NCBI GenBank assembly: GCA_031372565.1
Contig: JANMLN010000150.1
Span: 1-32,172 of the forward strand
Source of the DNA: Gemmatimonadota bacterium
Lineage (GTDB): Bacteria > Gemmatimonadota > Gemmatimonadetes > Gemmatimonadales > Gemmatimonadaceae
Direction of reading: 5' to 3'
DNA length: 32,172 nt
Positions within the stretch are counted from its first letter, which is position 1. The number at the start of each line of letters is the position of its first letter. The translations under genes were made by a program, and so were the position numbers. Shown here piece by piece: positions 19,519 through 28,231 of the stretch. Below the pieces are notes generated by a model, which did not search any database, was not told where the DNA came from, and worked only from the letters and a program-made list of their open reading frames with translations.

Positions 19519-20625
19519 CTAGTCGACCAGCCGCAGCGGCATCACGAGGCAGAGATACTTGCCCGGGTCGCTCCACCCCTCGGGCTCGAGCGTGGCCGCC
19601 CGCTCCGGTGCCTTGAAGGTGAGCTTCACCTCCTCGGTCGGGATGTAGCGCAAGATCTCGAGCAGGTAGTTGGCGTTGAAGCCGATCTCGAGCGGATCGC
19701 CGTTGTAGCGAATCGGGATCTCGTCCTGCGCCTCGCCCACATCCGCGGTCTGCACGCTGAACTTGAGCATCGCGGTGTTGAAGGCCAGGCGAATGCGATG
19801 CGTCTGGTCCGACGCGACAATGGCCGTGCGCCGGAGCGCCGCCGTCAGCGCCGCACGATCGGCAATCGCGAACCGGTCGTTGTCCTTCGGAATGACCTGG
19901 TCGTAGTTCGGGTACGGGCCCTCGATGAGCCGCGTGTACACCGACACGAACGGCGACCGGAAGCCGAGGTGATTGGCCCCCTGCGCAATCTCCAGGTCTT
20001 CGTCCGCGGGGAAGAGGCGCCGCACTTGCTCGAGCGCCTTTGGTGGCACGATGAAATCCGCCGTCGTCTCGCTGACCCACGGCGTCTCCATCTTGGCCAG
20101 CCGGTGCCCATTGGTTGCCACCATGCGCATCAGGTCCTTGCGCAGCTCCCACAGCACGCCGTTCAGGATCGGCCGACTCTCCTCGGTCGACACGGCAAAG
20201 GCCGTGTGCGCGATGAGCTTCTGCACCTCCGACGACCGGATCTTCCAGGGATTCGTGAACTTGATCGACGGGAAGGCCGGAAACTCGTCCTTGGGCAGCC
20301 CGAGCAGCTTGAACTTGGAACGCCCGCTTTCGAGCGTGATCCGCTGCTCGCCGGCGGTCGCCAACTTGATCGGCGCCGGCGGCAACTCGCGCACGATCTC
20401 CATCAGCCGCTTGGCGGGAATGGTGATCGCACCTGGTGCATCGACCTCGGCCGCGATCTCGATGCTGACCGCGATGTCGAGATCCGTGCCAGAGAGGCGG
20501 ATCCCGCGCTCTGTCGTCTCGACGAGGAGGTTCGACAGGACCGGCAGCGTGGTCTTGGTCGGAATCGTTGCCGCGACGGCCGTCAGTCCTTCGAGCAACT
20601 TCTCGCGCGAGCTGGTGACCTTCAT
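19519..20625 (-). CDS. dnaN: DNA polymerase III beta clamp
   Basis: LPVLSNLL, GTDLD, SRPILNGV, VATNGHRLA, LIEGPYPNY, IGFNANYLLE and LVMPLRL. Lies downstream of dnaA. Confidence 0.99.
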   Translation of the reverse strand: MKVTSSREKLLEGLTAVAATIPTKTTLPVLSNLLVETTERGIRLSGTDLDIAVSIEIAAEVDAPGAITIPAKRLMEIVRELPPAPIKLATAGEQRITLESGRSKFKLLGLPKDEFPAFPSIKFTNPWKIRSSEVQKLIAHTAFAVSTEESRPILNGVLWELRKDLMRMVATNGHRLAKMETPWVSETTADFIVPPKALEQVRRLFPADEDLEIAQGANHLGFRSPFVSVYTRLIEGPYPNYDQVIPKDNDRFAIADRAALTAALRRTAIVASDQTHRIRLAFNTAMLKFSVQTADVGEAQDEIPIRYNGDPLEIGFNANYLLEILRYIPTEEVKLTFKAPERAATLEPEGWSDPGKYLCLVMPLRLVD

Positions 20626-20877
20626 GCAGGCTCCTTGGGTACCGATTGGGCGAACATGGGTTGCGTGCCCAGTATCACGAAAGGAGAGAGAAAGACAGGA
20701 GAAGTAGTAGCAGGCACTGTGAATTGTCGACTGTCGTCGTAAGCCGCAAGGTTACAACGCTTTAGCTCTGTACACAATATCCACACTCACGTGGAGACTT
20801 TCGGGAGTTGTCCACGTCGGGGGTTTTCCGCCCACTCGGCCGTGGATAGTTACTGTTGTAACAACCGGTTCTCCACA
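20626..20877. other. Chromosomal replication origin oriC (dnaA-dnaN intergenic part)
   Basis: DnaA-box-like 9-mers at 20718-26, 20768-76, 20777-85 (ATATCCACA), 20808-16, 20841-49 and 20869-77. On the minus strand a box is followed by GTGC and CTG CTA CTA CTT CTC (DnaA-trio-like), in a locally AT-richer tract. Confidence 0.85.
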
Positions 20878-22280
20878 CGCTGCACCCTGCCCGCAAACTC
20901 TGGATCTGTACGGAGCTGCACCTCGACGCGCTCGAGGCTGTGGATGACTGTGGAATGATCCCGCCCCCCAAATGCCTCACCGATCTGGATGAGCGGCGTG
21001 CCCATCAATGTACGCACCAGGTACATCGCGATCTGACGCGGAACCGTGTACGCCTTGAGGCGGCTTTTCGACATCAGCGCCTCCGGCGTGACCTGCCATT
21101 CCTGCGCAACCACCTTCTGGACGACCGGGATCGACAGCACGCCACCGCCGCCGCCGCCGCCGCCATCCGTGCTCAATCGGTCACGCAGTGCGTCGAGCGC
21201 CAGTTCGACCGACACATCCTTGTGCTTCAACGAGGCAAAGGCAAGGAGCTTGATAATGCACCCTTCCAGCTCGCGCACATTCGATTGCACCCGTTCGGCG
21301 ATCAACTCCAGCACATCCGACGGGAACGACTCCTCCAGATGGTCGCGCTTGAGCTTCTGATGGAGAATGGCCAACCGGTGCTCGTAGTCCGGCTGGCCGA
21401 CGTCGGCCACCATGCCGCTCTGGAACCGGCTCACAAGGCGCGCCTCGAGGCGCGGAATCTCGACCGGTGGCCGGTCCGAGGTGAGGACGATCTGCCGCCC
21501 GGCCTCGTAGAGCGTGTTGAACGTATGAAAGAACTCTTCCTGCGTGCTCTCCTTCCCCTTCAGGAACTGCACGTCGTCGACCAGGAGCACGTCGAGCTCC
21601 CGGTAGCGCCGCTTGAACGACGACATCGCCTTGCCCTGCACCGCCTGGATGAACTCGTTGGTGAACTGCTCGATGCCCACGTACGCGACCCGCGCGTCCG
21701 GGTTGCGCTCGAGCACCCCGTGTCCGATCGCCTGCATCAGGTGCGTCTTGCCCAGTCCCGTGTCGCCGTAGAGGAAGAGCGGGTTGTAGGACCGCCCCGG
21801 CGCCCCCGACACGGCCAGCGCCGCCGCGGCCGCCAGTTCGTTGGAGCGGCCCACCACGAACTCATTGAGCGTGTAGCGGGGTGAGAGCGGGGCAAACCCG
21901 AACGAGTCGTTCTGGGGCCGCGTGCTGACCCGGCCCGGGGCGACCGGAGCGGGCGGTGTGCCGATCGCTGAACCGGGGGGCCGAGGGGCCGGCGCGACGA
22001 ACAGGTCCATCTGCGCGCGGGAGATCCGCTCCGGGTCGGCCTGAAAGGTGACGCGGACCGGATGGCCAAGCGCCACGGGCCCATACGACTCGAGCAGGTC
22101 CTGATAGTTGCGCTCGTTCCACTCGGCGGCAAACTGGTCCGGAACACCGATCGCGAGGGCGTTGTCGGTGAGTCCCAAGGGCTGGGCCGGGGCGAGCCAG
22201 CTTTCGAAGGCCTCGGGGGTCAGGTCCAGACGCGCGCGCTCCAGCAGGCGCGACCAGACATCCGAGGCGGAGAGGGACAT
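20850..22280 (-). CDS. dnaA: Chromosomal replication initiator DnaA
   Basis: FVVGRSN, YNPLFLYGDTGLGKTHL, DDVQFL, TQEEFFHTFN, NVRELEG and FGGRDHSTV. Confidence 0.99.
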   Translation of the reverse strand: MSLSASDVWSRLLERARLDLTPEAFESWLAPAQPLGLTDNALAIGVPDQFAAEWNERNYQDLLESYGPVALGHPVRVTFQADPERISRAQMDLFVAPAPRPPGSAIGTPPAPVAPGRVSTRPQNDSFGFAPLSPRYTLNEFVVGRSNELAAAAALAVSGAPGRSYNPLFLYGDTGLGKTHLMQAIGHGVLERNPDARVAYVGIEQFTNEFIQAVQGKAMSSFKRRYRELDVLLVDDVQFLKGKESTQEEFFHTFNTLYEAGRQIVLTSDRPPVEIPRLEARLVSRFQSGMVADVGQPDYEHRLAILHQKLKRDHLEESFPSDVLELIAERVQSNVRELEGCIIKLLAFASLKHKDVSVELALDALRDRLSTDGGGGGGGGVLSIPVVQKVVAQEWQVTPEALMSKSRLKAYTVPRQIAMYLVRTLMGTPLIQIGEAFGGRDHSTVIHSLERVEVQLRTDPEFAGRVQRVENRLLQQ

Positions 22281-22306
22281 GCGTGCGCGGCGACCGAACG
22301 AGGCTA

Positions 22307-22352
22307 TGTGGATAACGAAAGGGGGGTGAAGGTAGAGGTCCCCTGTGGAAAA
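22307..22352. promoter_or_regulatory. Two consensus DnaA boxes upstream of dnaA
   Basis: TGTGGATAA (22307-15) and TGTGGAAAA (22344-52), both matching TT(A/T)TNCACA on the minus strand. Confidence 0.85.
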
Positions 22353-22487
22353 GTCAACGCGAGGTTACTGTCGCGGTGCTGCTAAGTGACGTTGCCGGAG
22401 AGACTTGCCGTATGTCATTTGACGCACTAGACTTAGGGTTCTCTTGGAATTGTACGACATCACTTTCCGTCTTGAAGGGTTAGGGCA

Positions 22488-22652
22488 ATGGGCAAGCCGA
22501 CGTATCGTCCGCGGAACAAGCGCCGAGTTGCGACGCATGGATTCCGCACGCGCATGTCAGACAAGTGGGGGCAGCAGGTGTTGGCGCGGCGCCGCAAGAA
22601 GGGGCGCAAGCGCCTGACTGTGCAGCTCCCGAGCAAGTACGCCGGCGTCTGA
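22488..22652 (+). CDS. rpmH: 50S ribosomal protein L34 (54 aa; missing from the ORF track)
   Basis: Hand translation [54 protein letters not shown]. Divergent from dnaA. Confidence 0.97.
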   Translation: MGKPTYRPRNKRRVATHGFRTRMSDKWGQQVLARRRKKGRKRLTVQLPSKYAGV

Positions 22653-22692
22653 GCGGTTCTCCTTCGCGCGTCGGCAACGGCTGACGCGATCG

Positions 22693-23010
22693 ATGGAGAT
22701 GCAGCGCGTCCATGCGGAAGGGAAGCGAATCCGAACGACGCATTTTGACGTTCGGGTCCTCGCTTCCCTTCGCGCGTACGCGCGCGTGGGCGTTGTGGTC
22801 CCCAAGTACGGGCACACGGCCGTGGAGCGCAACCTCGTGAAACGGCGAATGCGCGAAGCGGTGCGGCTGCGGTTGCTCAAGGCGCTCCCTGGCGTGGATC
22901 TGGTCGTCCGTGCCACCCCGGCCGCGTACCGGGCAACGGCGCTCGCATTGGCCGACGAGATCGCGACACTCCCGGCGCGCATCGCGCGTACGGAGGCACG
23001 TCCAGCGTGA
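22693..23010 (+). CDS. rnpA: RNase P protein component (true start probably upstream of 22693)
   Basis: [25 protein letters not shown] (RNR-type motif), located between rpmH and yidD. In-frame upstream sequence encodes FSFARRQRLTRS. Confidence 0.9.
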   Translation: MEMQRVHAEGKRIRTTHFDVRVLASLRAYARVGVVVPKYGHTAVERNLVKRRMREAVRLRLLKALPGVDLVVRATPAAYRATALALADEIATLPARIARTEARPA

Positions 23011-23216
23011 GAACCGCGTTGATCTTGGGGGTCCGTGCCTACCAGCTCTGGATCAGTCCGTTCTTGCCGTCGGCCTGTCGGTATCACCCGACCTGTTCGG
23101 CGTACGCGATCGAAGCATTGCAGAAACACGGTGCGTGGCGCGGCAGTTGGTTGGCCGCCAAGCGCATCGGCCGGTGTCACCCTTTCCGGGCCGGTGGTTT
23201 CGACCCGGTTCCCTGA
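23007..23216 (+). CDS. yidD: Membrane protein insertion efficiency factor YidD
   Basis: [17 protein letters not shown] and [17 protein letters not shown]. Confidence 0.97.
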   Translation: MRTALILGVRAYQLWISPFLPSACRYHPTCSAYAIEALQKHGAWRGSWLAAKRIGRCHPFRAGGFDPVP

Positions 23217-23236
23217 CTGACGAGTAGCGTTCCGTT

Positions 23237-24922
23237 ATGGATCGTCGGATGCTGTTGGCGATTGTGTTGACCATCGGGGTCATCTTCGCCACGAACCTCA
23301 TCTTCCCGCCTGCGAAGGTCGCGCCCAAGGTGGCCGCCGACTCGCTGGCGGTCGCGTCGCCCGCAGCCGCGGTTCCCGCACCCGCCACGGCGGGCGCGTT
23401 GCCGCAAGCCAGCGTGGGTGCCGCACCGAGCGTGGCCGCCCCCGTGGGCGCAGCGCCCACCACGCTCAAGCTCGACACGGCCCGTGTGCAGACGGCGCGC
23501 GCCAGCGTGGCCTTCAGCTCGCTGGGCGCCGCGCCGCTCTCGGTCACGATGCGCGACTTCAAGGCGCTGCCCGTCAAGGCGGTCGAGGCGGCGATCGTGT
23601 CGCCGTTGGGCGCGCTGCTCCGGTATGCGGTGATCACCGCAGGCGACACGGTGCGCTTCGATCGCGTGGCGTTCGCGGCCACGACCACGACCACCAACGG
23701 CCAGACGGTGCTCGAGTACCGCGGCACCGAGCGCGGCATCACGCTCACGGCGCGCTACCAGCTCGACACCACCGACGTGAACGCGTACCTCACGCGCGCA
23801 AAGCTCACGGTCGAAGGCGCACCGACGCCGGCCTTCCTGCGCATCGGGTTGCCGGCCGGGTTCGTCTCGCAGGAGACCAAGCCCGACGAAGACGCCACCC
23901 ACATGGCGTACGCCTTCAAGCCCGAAAAGCGCTCGGCGGACCTGATCGCCTTCAGCAAGCTCGACCCGGGCGAGCGGCGCCTCGAGCGCGGGCCCTTCAC
24001 CTGGCTCGTGGCCAAGACCAAGTACTTCATGGTCGGCCTGCTCGTCGATTCCGTGCGTTCACCGATCGTCGAGTTGCAGGTGACGGGTCAGCCCAAGACG
24101 GGGAGCTATGTGTCCACCGGCGATGCCCAGGCCATCGTGGAGCTCACCAACGGCCCCGTGTCGTTCGAGCTCTATCAGGGCCCGCAGGAGTACATCCGGC
24201 TGCACAAGCTCGGCCGCGATTTCGAGAATTCGAATCCGTACGGCGGCTGGTTGCAGGGGGCGGTGCAGCCGTTCGCCACGATCGTGATGCGGCTCCTGCT
24301 CTGGGCGAAGTCGAAGACGGCGCTCTCGTACGGGTGGCTGCTCGTGCTGTTCGCGGTGGCGGTGCGCCTGTTGCTCTGGCCGCTCAACCAGACCGCCATG
24401 CGCTCGAGCATCAAGATGCAGCGCATCCAGCCCGAGCTCGCGCAGGTGCAGGAGAAGTTCAAGGGCGATCCGCAGAAGCTGCAGGCCGAAATGATGAAGG
24501 TGTACGCGGCCCATGGCATGAGCCCGTTCAGCGCCTTCAGCGGCTGCTTGCCGATGCTGATTCCGCTGCCGATCCTGTTCGCGCTCTTCTTCGTCTTCCA
24601 GAACACGATCGAGTTCCGCGGCGTGAGCTTCCTGTGGCTCCCCGACATCTCGCTCGGCGATCCGTTCTACGTCATGCCGCTGGCGATGGGAGCGAGCATG
24701 TTCCTGCTCTCCTGGATCGGGATGAAGAACTCGCCGCCAAACCCGCAGGCCAAGATGATGGCGTGGATGCTGCCGGGGATGATGACCTTCATGTTCATCA
24801 ACTTCGCGTCGGGGCTCACGCTGTACTACTTCGTGCAGAACCTGGCCGCGCTGCCGCAGCAGTGGCTCGTGGCCAACGAGCGCGCCAAGCGCTCCACGGA
24901 GACGGCGGTCGTCAAGTCGTAG
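23237..24922 (+). CDS. yidC: Membrane protein insertase YidC
   Basis: N-terminal anchor, periplasmic domain, VRLLLWPL, KMQRIQPEL, GCLPMLI, FLWLPDIS and SGLTLYY. Confidence 0.98.
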   Translation: MDRRMLLAIVLTIGVIFATNLIFPPAKVAPKVAADSLAVASPAAAVPAPATAGALPQASVGAAPSVAAPVGAAPTTLKLDTARVQTARASVAFSSLGAAPLSVTMRDFKALPVKAVEAAIVSPLGALLRYAVITAGDTVRFDRVAFAATTTTTNGQTVLEYRGTERGITLTARYQLDTTDVNAYLTRAKLTVEGAPTPAFLRIGLPAGFVSQETKPDEDATHMAYAFKPEKRSADLIAFSKLDPGERRLERGPFTWLVAKTKYFMVGLLVDSVRSPIVELQVTGQPKTGSYVSTGDAQAIVELTNGPVSFELYQGPQEYIRLHKLGRDFENSNPYGGWLQGAVQPFATIVMRLLLWAKSKTALSYGWLLVLFAVAVRLLLWPLNQTAMRSSIKMQRIQPELAQVQEKFKGDPQKLQAEMMKVYAAHGMSPFSAFSGCLPMLIPLPILFALFFVFQNTIEFRGVSFLWLPDISLGDPFYVMPLAMGASMFLLSWIGMKNSPPNPQAKMMAWMLPGMMTFMFINFASGLTLYYFVQNLAALPQQWLVANERAKRSTETAVVKS

Positions 24923-24941
24923 CGCCGCGCGCACGGCACAC

Positions 24942-24987
24942 AACGAATACGGGCGGTGTCCCCCGGAGGACACCGCCCGCATTCGTT
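24942..24987. terminator. Bidirectional intrinsic terminator
   Basis: AACGAAT-a-CGGGCGGTGTCC...GGACACCGCCCG-c-ATTCGTT between convergent genes. Confidence 0.8.
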
Positions 24988-25013
24988 TCGGGCCCGACCT
25001 TCAATGGCGCGTG

Positions 25014-25217
25014 CTACGGACCCTTGCTGGTGGCCGCCCGCCAGACTTCATCGGCGAGCCACTCCAGCCGTTCTTCGGCCTGTTCCAGTTCACCGGCGCT
25101 CATGCCGCCGGCGTTGTGCGCCAAGTCGCGCACATGATCAAGCAGATCGTCGAGCGATTCGCGGAGCGACGCGTTGCGGCGGCGTTCGTCGTTCGAGCCT
25201 TCTGCGGTGTCGCTCAT
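25014..25217 (-). CDS. Small helical hypothetical protein (67 aa)
   Basis: ATG 25217 overlaps the upstream stop (ATGA). Sequence MSDTAEGSNDERRRNASLRESLDDLLDHVRDLA...LEWLADEVWRAA looks coiled-coil-like. Confidence 0.7.
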   Translation of the reverse strand: MSDTAEGSNDERRRNASLRESLDDLLDHVRDLAHNAGGMSAGELEQAEERLEWLADEVWRAATSKGP

Positions 25218-26152
25218 GCGGACGCCATCGACTGACGACCGATGGCCATCAGCTCCTCGGCGCTGGCCCGAAGCGCCCACGCGTACCCGCGCGCGGTGAT
25301 CGCGGCATCGACCATGCGCGCGCCCAGGAAGTAGCCGGCGCGTTCGGGGAGCACGTAGCGATCGACGGTGCGCGCTTCGTCGCTCATGCCGCCCGAGAGG
25401 TAGCGGAGCCGGAGCCCGAGCGCGCTCGCGTCCAGATCCTCGGCGACGGCGCGGCTGAGCACCTGCTCGAGCTCGCGCACACGCGCATACTGGCGGCGAC
25501 CGTACCCGAAGTACTCCCACGCGGCGTGCCCGGGCGAGATGGCGCGCGAGACCTGCACGGCGAGCCCCTCGTTGATGATCAGCTCGCGCAGCGTGGCGCG
25601 ACGGCCGGTTTCCCAGTACGAGTAATAGCCCCCCGCTTCGTCGACCAAGGCGCGCATCTCACTGCGCGAGGTGGGCGAGGTGTAGCGCACGGCGTGGGCG
25701 ATTTCGTGCGCGAGCCAGAGCGGAATCAGCTCCGGATCGAGTCCCAGCCCCTGCGTGTCGGGGTTGGCAACGGAGGTGAAGTGCTCGAGGCACACGAAGG
25801 CGATGCCGCGGCCGTTGACGACGAGTTCACCGGCATTCGCGGCGCCGACGCCCACCATGAGCACCACGTCGACGCCGGTGTCGATGTCGAGGAGGTGCTG
25901 GCACTGCTCTTCGGTGTTGCGGGCGAGCGAGACCACGTCGGTGCGCTCGAGCATCGTGCGCAGATCGGTCCGGTCGGCCATGGCCGTGGCGCGGGCGACG
26001 TCGGCGAAGTGCGGCCCCTCGGGATCGAGGACGTAGTTCTGCCAGTACGCCTCGAGGATCTTCTTGTGCGTCTCGTAGTACCTGCCATACGCCGCAACGC
26101 GATCGTTGCTGTTGAGGACGGCGAAGAAGTCCGGCAGGAGATTGATCAGCAT
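25214..26152 (-). CDS. Putative Zn-dependent protease (DUF2268-like)
   Basis: HExxH (LAHEIAH), a downstream NEGLA third ligand and AGYFLGARMV. Confidence 0.75.
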   Translation of the reverse strand: MLINLLPDFFAVLNSNDRVAAYGRYYETHKKILEAYWQNYVLDPEGPHFADVARATAMADRTDLRTMLERTDVVSLARNTEEQCQHLLDIDTGVDVVLMVGVGAANAGELVVNGRGIAFVCLEHFTSVANPDTQGLGLDPELIPLWLAHEIAHAVRYTSPTSRSEMRALVDEAGGYYSYWETGRRATLRELIINEGLAVQVSRAISPGHAAWEYFGYGRRQYARVRELEQVLSRAVAEDLDASALGLRLRYLSGGMSDEARTVDRYVLPERAGYFLGARMVDAAITARGYAWALRASAEELMAIGRQSMASA

Positions 26153-26353
26153 CTATGATCCGATGGCGATAGCGGGGCGCGTGACCGGGAGAGTTTTCCA
26201 CACCACCCGTGCGCGCGGCTAATGTAGAGTGGCTTGTGAAAGCGAGCAAGAGCCGCCGTATCGGAAACGACGCAATTGGTCTAATGTCACAGACTTACGT
26301 GGTTTGCCGACCGAGCCAGCTGCCCAACTGGCGCGAATTGTGGATTTCTATCG

Positions 26354-27001
26354 CTACCGGGTGCCGAAGAGGCGGTCGCCGGCGTCGCCCAGTCCTGGCA
26401 GGATGTAGCCCTGCGCATTGAGCTCGCGATCGAGCGAGGCGGCGAAGACCATCACGTCGGGATGGGCGTTGGCGAGCTTGGCGACGCCTTCGGGGGCGGC
26501 GACGAGGCAGAGGAAGCGGATGCGCGTGGCACCGGCCTTCTTGAGCGACGTGACCGCAGAGACCGCCGACCCACCGGTGGCGAGCATCGGGTCGAGCAGG
26601 AAGAAGTCGCGTTCGGCGGCGTCGCCCGGGACCTTGAAGTAGTAGTCGACCGGTTCGAGGGTGTCGTGATCGCGGTAGAGGCCGATGTGGCCGACGCGCG
26701 CCGAGGGGACGAGGCGCAGGATGCCTTCGACCATGCCGAGCCCGGCGCGGAGGATCGGGACCAGGGTGAGCTTCTTGCCGGCGACGCGCTTGGCCATGGT
26801 GTGCTCGAGCGGCGTTTCGACCGGGGCATCTTCGAGCACCAGCCCTGCGGTGGCTTCGTAGGCCATGAGCATCGCGATCTCGTCCACCAACTCCTTGAAG
26901 ATCTTGGTGGGGGTTTCGCGGTCGCGCAGGAGGCGCAGCTTGTGCTGCACCAGCGGGTGCTGCACGACGGTGAGCGTGGGGAAGGTCGGGGTGGTGCGCA
27001 T
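26354..27001 (-). CDS. upp: Uracil phosphoribosyltransferase
   Basis: [35 protein letters not shown] and [17 protein letters not shown]. Start ATG 27001. Confidence 0.98.
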   Translation of the reverse strand: MRTTPTFPTLTVVQHPLVQHKLRLLRDRETPTKIFKELVDEIAMLMAYEATAGLVLEDAPVETPLEHTMAKRVAGKKLTLVPILRAGLGMVEGILRLVPSARVGHIGLYRDHDTLEPVDYYFKVPGDAAERDFFLLDPMLATGGSAVSAVTSLKKAGATRIRFLCLVAAPEGVAKLANAHPDVMVFAASLDRELNAQGYILPGLGDAGDRLFGTR

Positions 27002-27028
27002 GGGCGCGAAGCTACTACTATTTCGGCC

Positions 27029-27199
27029 ATGAAAGAATACCAAGCCGTGGTGCTCCGGCAGACGAAGCACGCGCAGGATGATGAGGAAGGGCTGACGGAT
27101 CTGCTGAACGAGCGGAGTCGAGGCGGGTGGGCTCCCGTGACCATGACGCAGGGAGACGGACGGCTGACGGTCGTGTTCTCGCGCGAGGCGGAGGGGTAG
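27029..27199 (+). CDS. Small protein, DUF4177-like (56 aa)
   Basis: MKEYQAVVL...[16 protein letters not shown]...VVFSRE fits the EY...LN...GW...F.R pattern. Confidence 0.7.
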   Translation: MKEYQAVVLRQTKHAQDDEEGLTDLLNERSRGGWAPVTMTQGDGRLTVVFSREAEG

Positions 27200-27359
27200 C
27201 GGGGCCTAGCGTGGCGGCAGGCGCTGAAGCCGGGAGGGCGGGAGAGCGGTGGGCGGAACGCCGCTCTGCTTCGCTCCGGGCAATACGGCTTGGCGTCCGC
27301 TCGTGAGGCAGTCAGAAACCGCCACACCGAAGTGGAGCATGCGGCTCCGCTATCTCGAT

Positions 27360-27484
27360 GGGAAGCAGGGAGACCCGTAGTGACGCACTTTCACTCCGGA
27401 ATCCGAGAGAGAGGCGAGCAGCCCACAGGCAGATGGACCGACGAGGCACCACCCGTGTTCGTTCGCTGCAAGGCCTTTGACTGA
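27360..27484 (+). pseudogene. Orphan C-terminal tail of a putative polymorphic toxin (tail A1); 5' limit approximate
   Basis: Frame ends ...GEQPTGRWTDEAPPVFVRCKAFD*, homologous to the tail ending at 28532. Both precede paralogous secreted genes. Confidence 0.55.
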
Positions 27485-27493
27485 GGGCACGTG

Positions 27494-28012
27494 ATGAGCA
27501 TCCGAGCAACCTGGATTGCTGCGGCCGCTACCGCCTTCTTATGCGCCCACGCTTTGGGAGTTCTGGAGATGTCGGCGCAGTCAGTCGACAGTTCGCGAGC
27601 TGCCTCTGCGCACGCTGAAGGGGGCCGAAGCTACCGGCTCGTAAGCTGGGGAGGGCTTCCTCTCCCAGCAGTCGACTACGCCGACTCCGCCATGCGCGGG
27701 GATTCCCGTGTTGCGTGCAAGAGGGTTCGACACGATGCCGCGGCCCGTGTTGCAGCGTCGTCGTGGTACTATCGAGATAGCACCACCATCGAGTGCAACG
27801 ACGGAAGTCGGACCAACGCGTCGCGGAGTTCGCGAGGGTCTATTCGGCGTCGAGGCGGCGCAGTGTACTGGTGGAGCAATAGACGCCCAGACCCAGGGCA
27901 AGTGTTTCAAGCGTGGACATTTGGCGATACCCTGTACCTCAACACTATTCCCGATGCGCGAGGCGGCTGGGAGCTCTTGCGAGTGCGAGCTCCTATCCCG
28001 ACCCATCCCTGA
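27494..28012 (+). CDS. Secreted beta-rich protein, candidate immunity protein (family A, copy 1)
   Basis: Signal-peptide-like N-terminus. About 65% identical to 28542-29060 over a gap-free 121-aa stretch (hand count), with two conserved Cys. Confidence 0.75.
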   Translation: MSIRATWIAAAATAFLCAHALGVLEMSAQSVDSSRAASAHAEGGRSYRLVSWGGLPLPAVDYADSAMRGDSRVACKRVRHDAAARVAASSWYYRDSTTIECNDGSRTNASRSSRGSIRRRGGAVYWWSNRRPDPGQVFQAWTFGDTLYLNTIPDARGGWELLRVRAPIPTHP

Positions 28013-28231
28013 ACGTTCAATTCGAACTTCCCCACGTTCATCCGATCGTGACGTGACCTCGAGACCGGGGAGGTACACCGCTTTCGGCCGCCCCGCAACG
28101 AACGTGCGCCCTTGCATCAGTCCACATAGGGCAGCGGCGATCATTCGCAAGGCCTCCCGCCCGTTGCGATCGCTGCCACGCGGCACGAACTATGCCCTCC
28201 GTAGCAGATCGAGTTCAGCGGCGCCGCGCGC

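Noticed and set aside
21141..21166. (CCG)n tract in dnaA as a phase-variable repeat
   Set aside because: It is an in-frame trinucleotide run encoding a poly-Gly linker between domains III and IV, so length changes would not switch expression.
27200..27300. tRNA/att site or integrase at the accessory-region boundary
   Set aside because: Only a GC hairpin (27243-27267) is visible, with no tRNA fold, att repeat or integrase.
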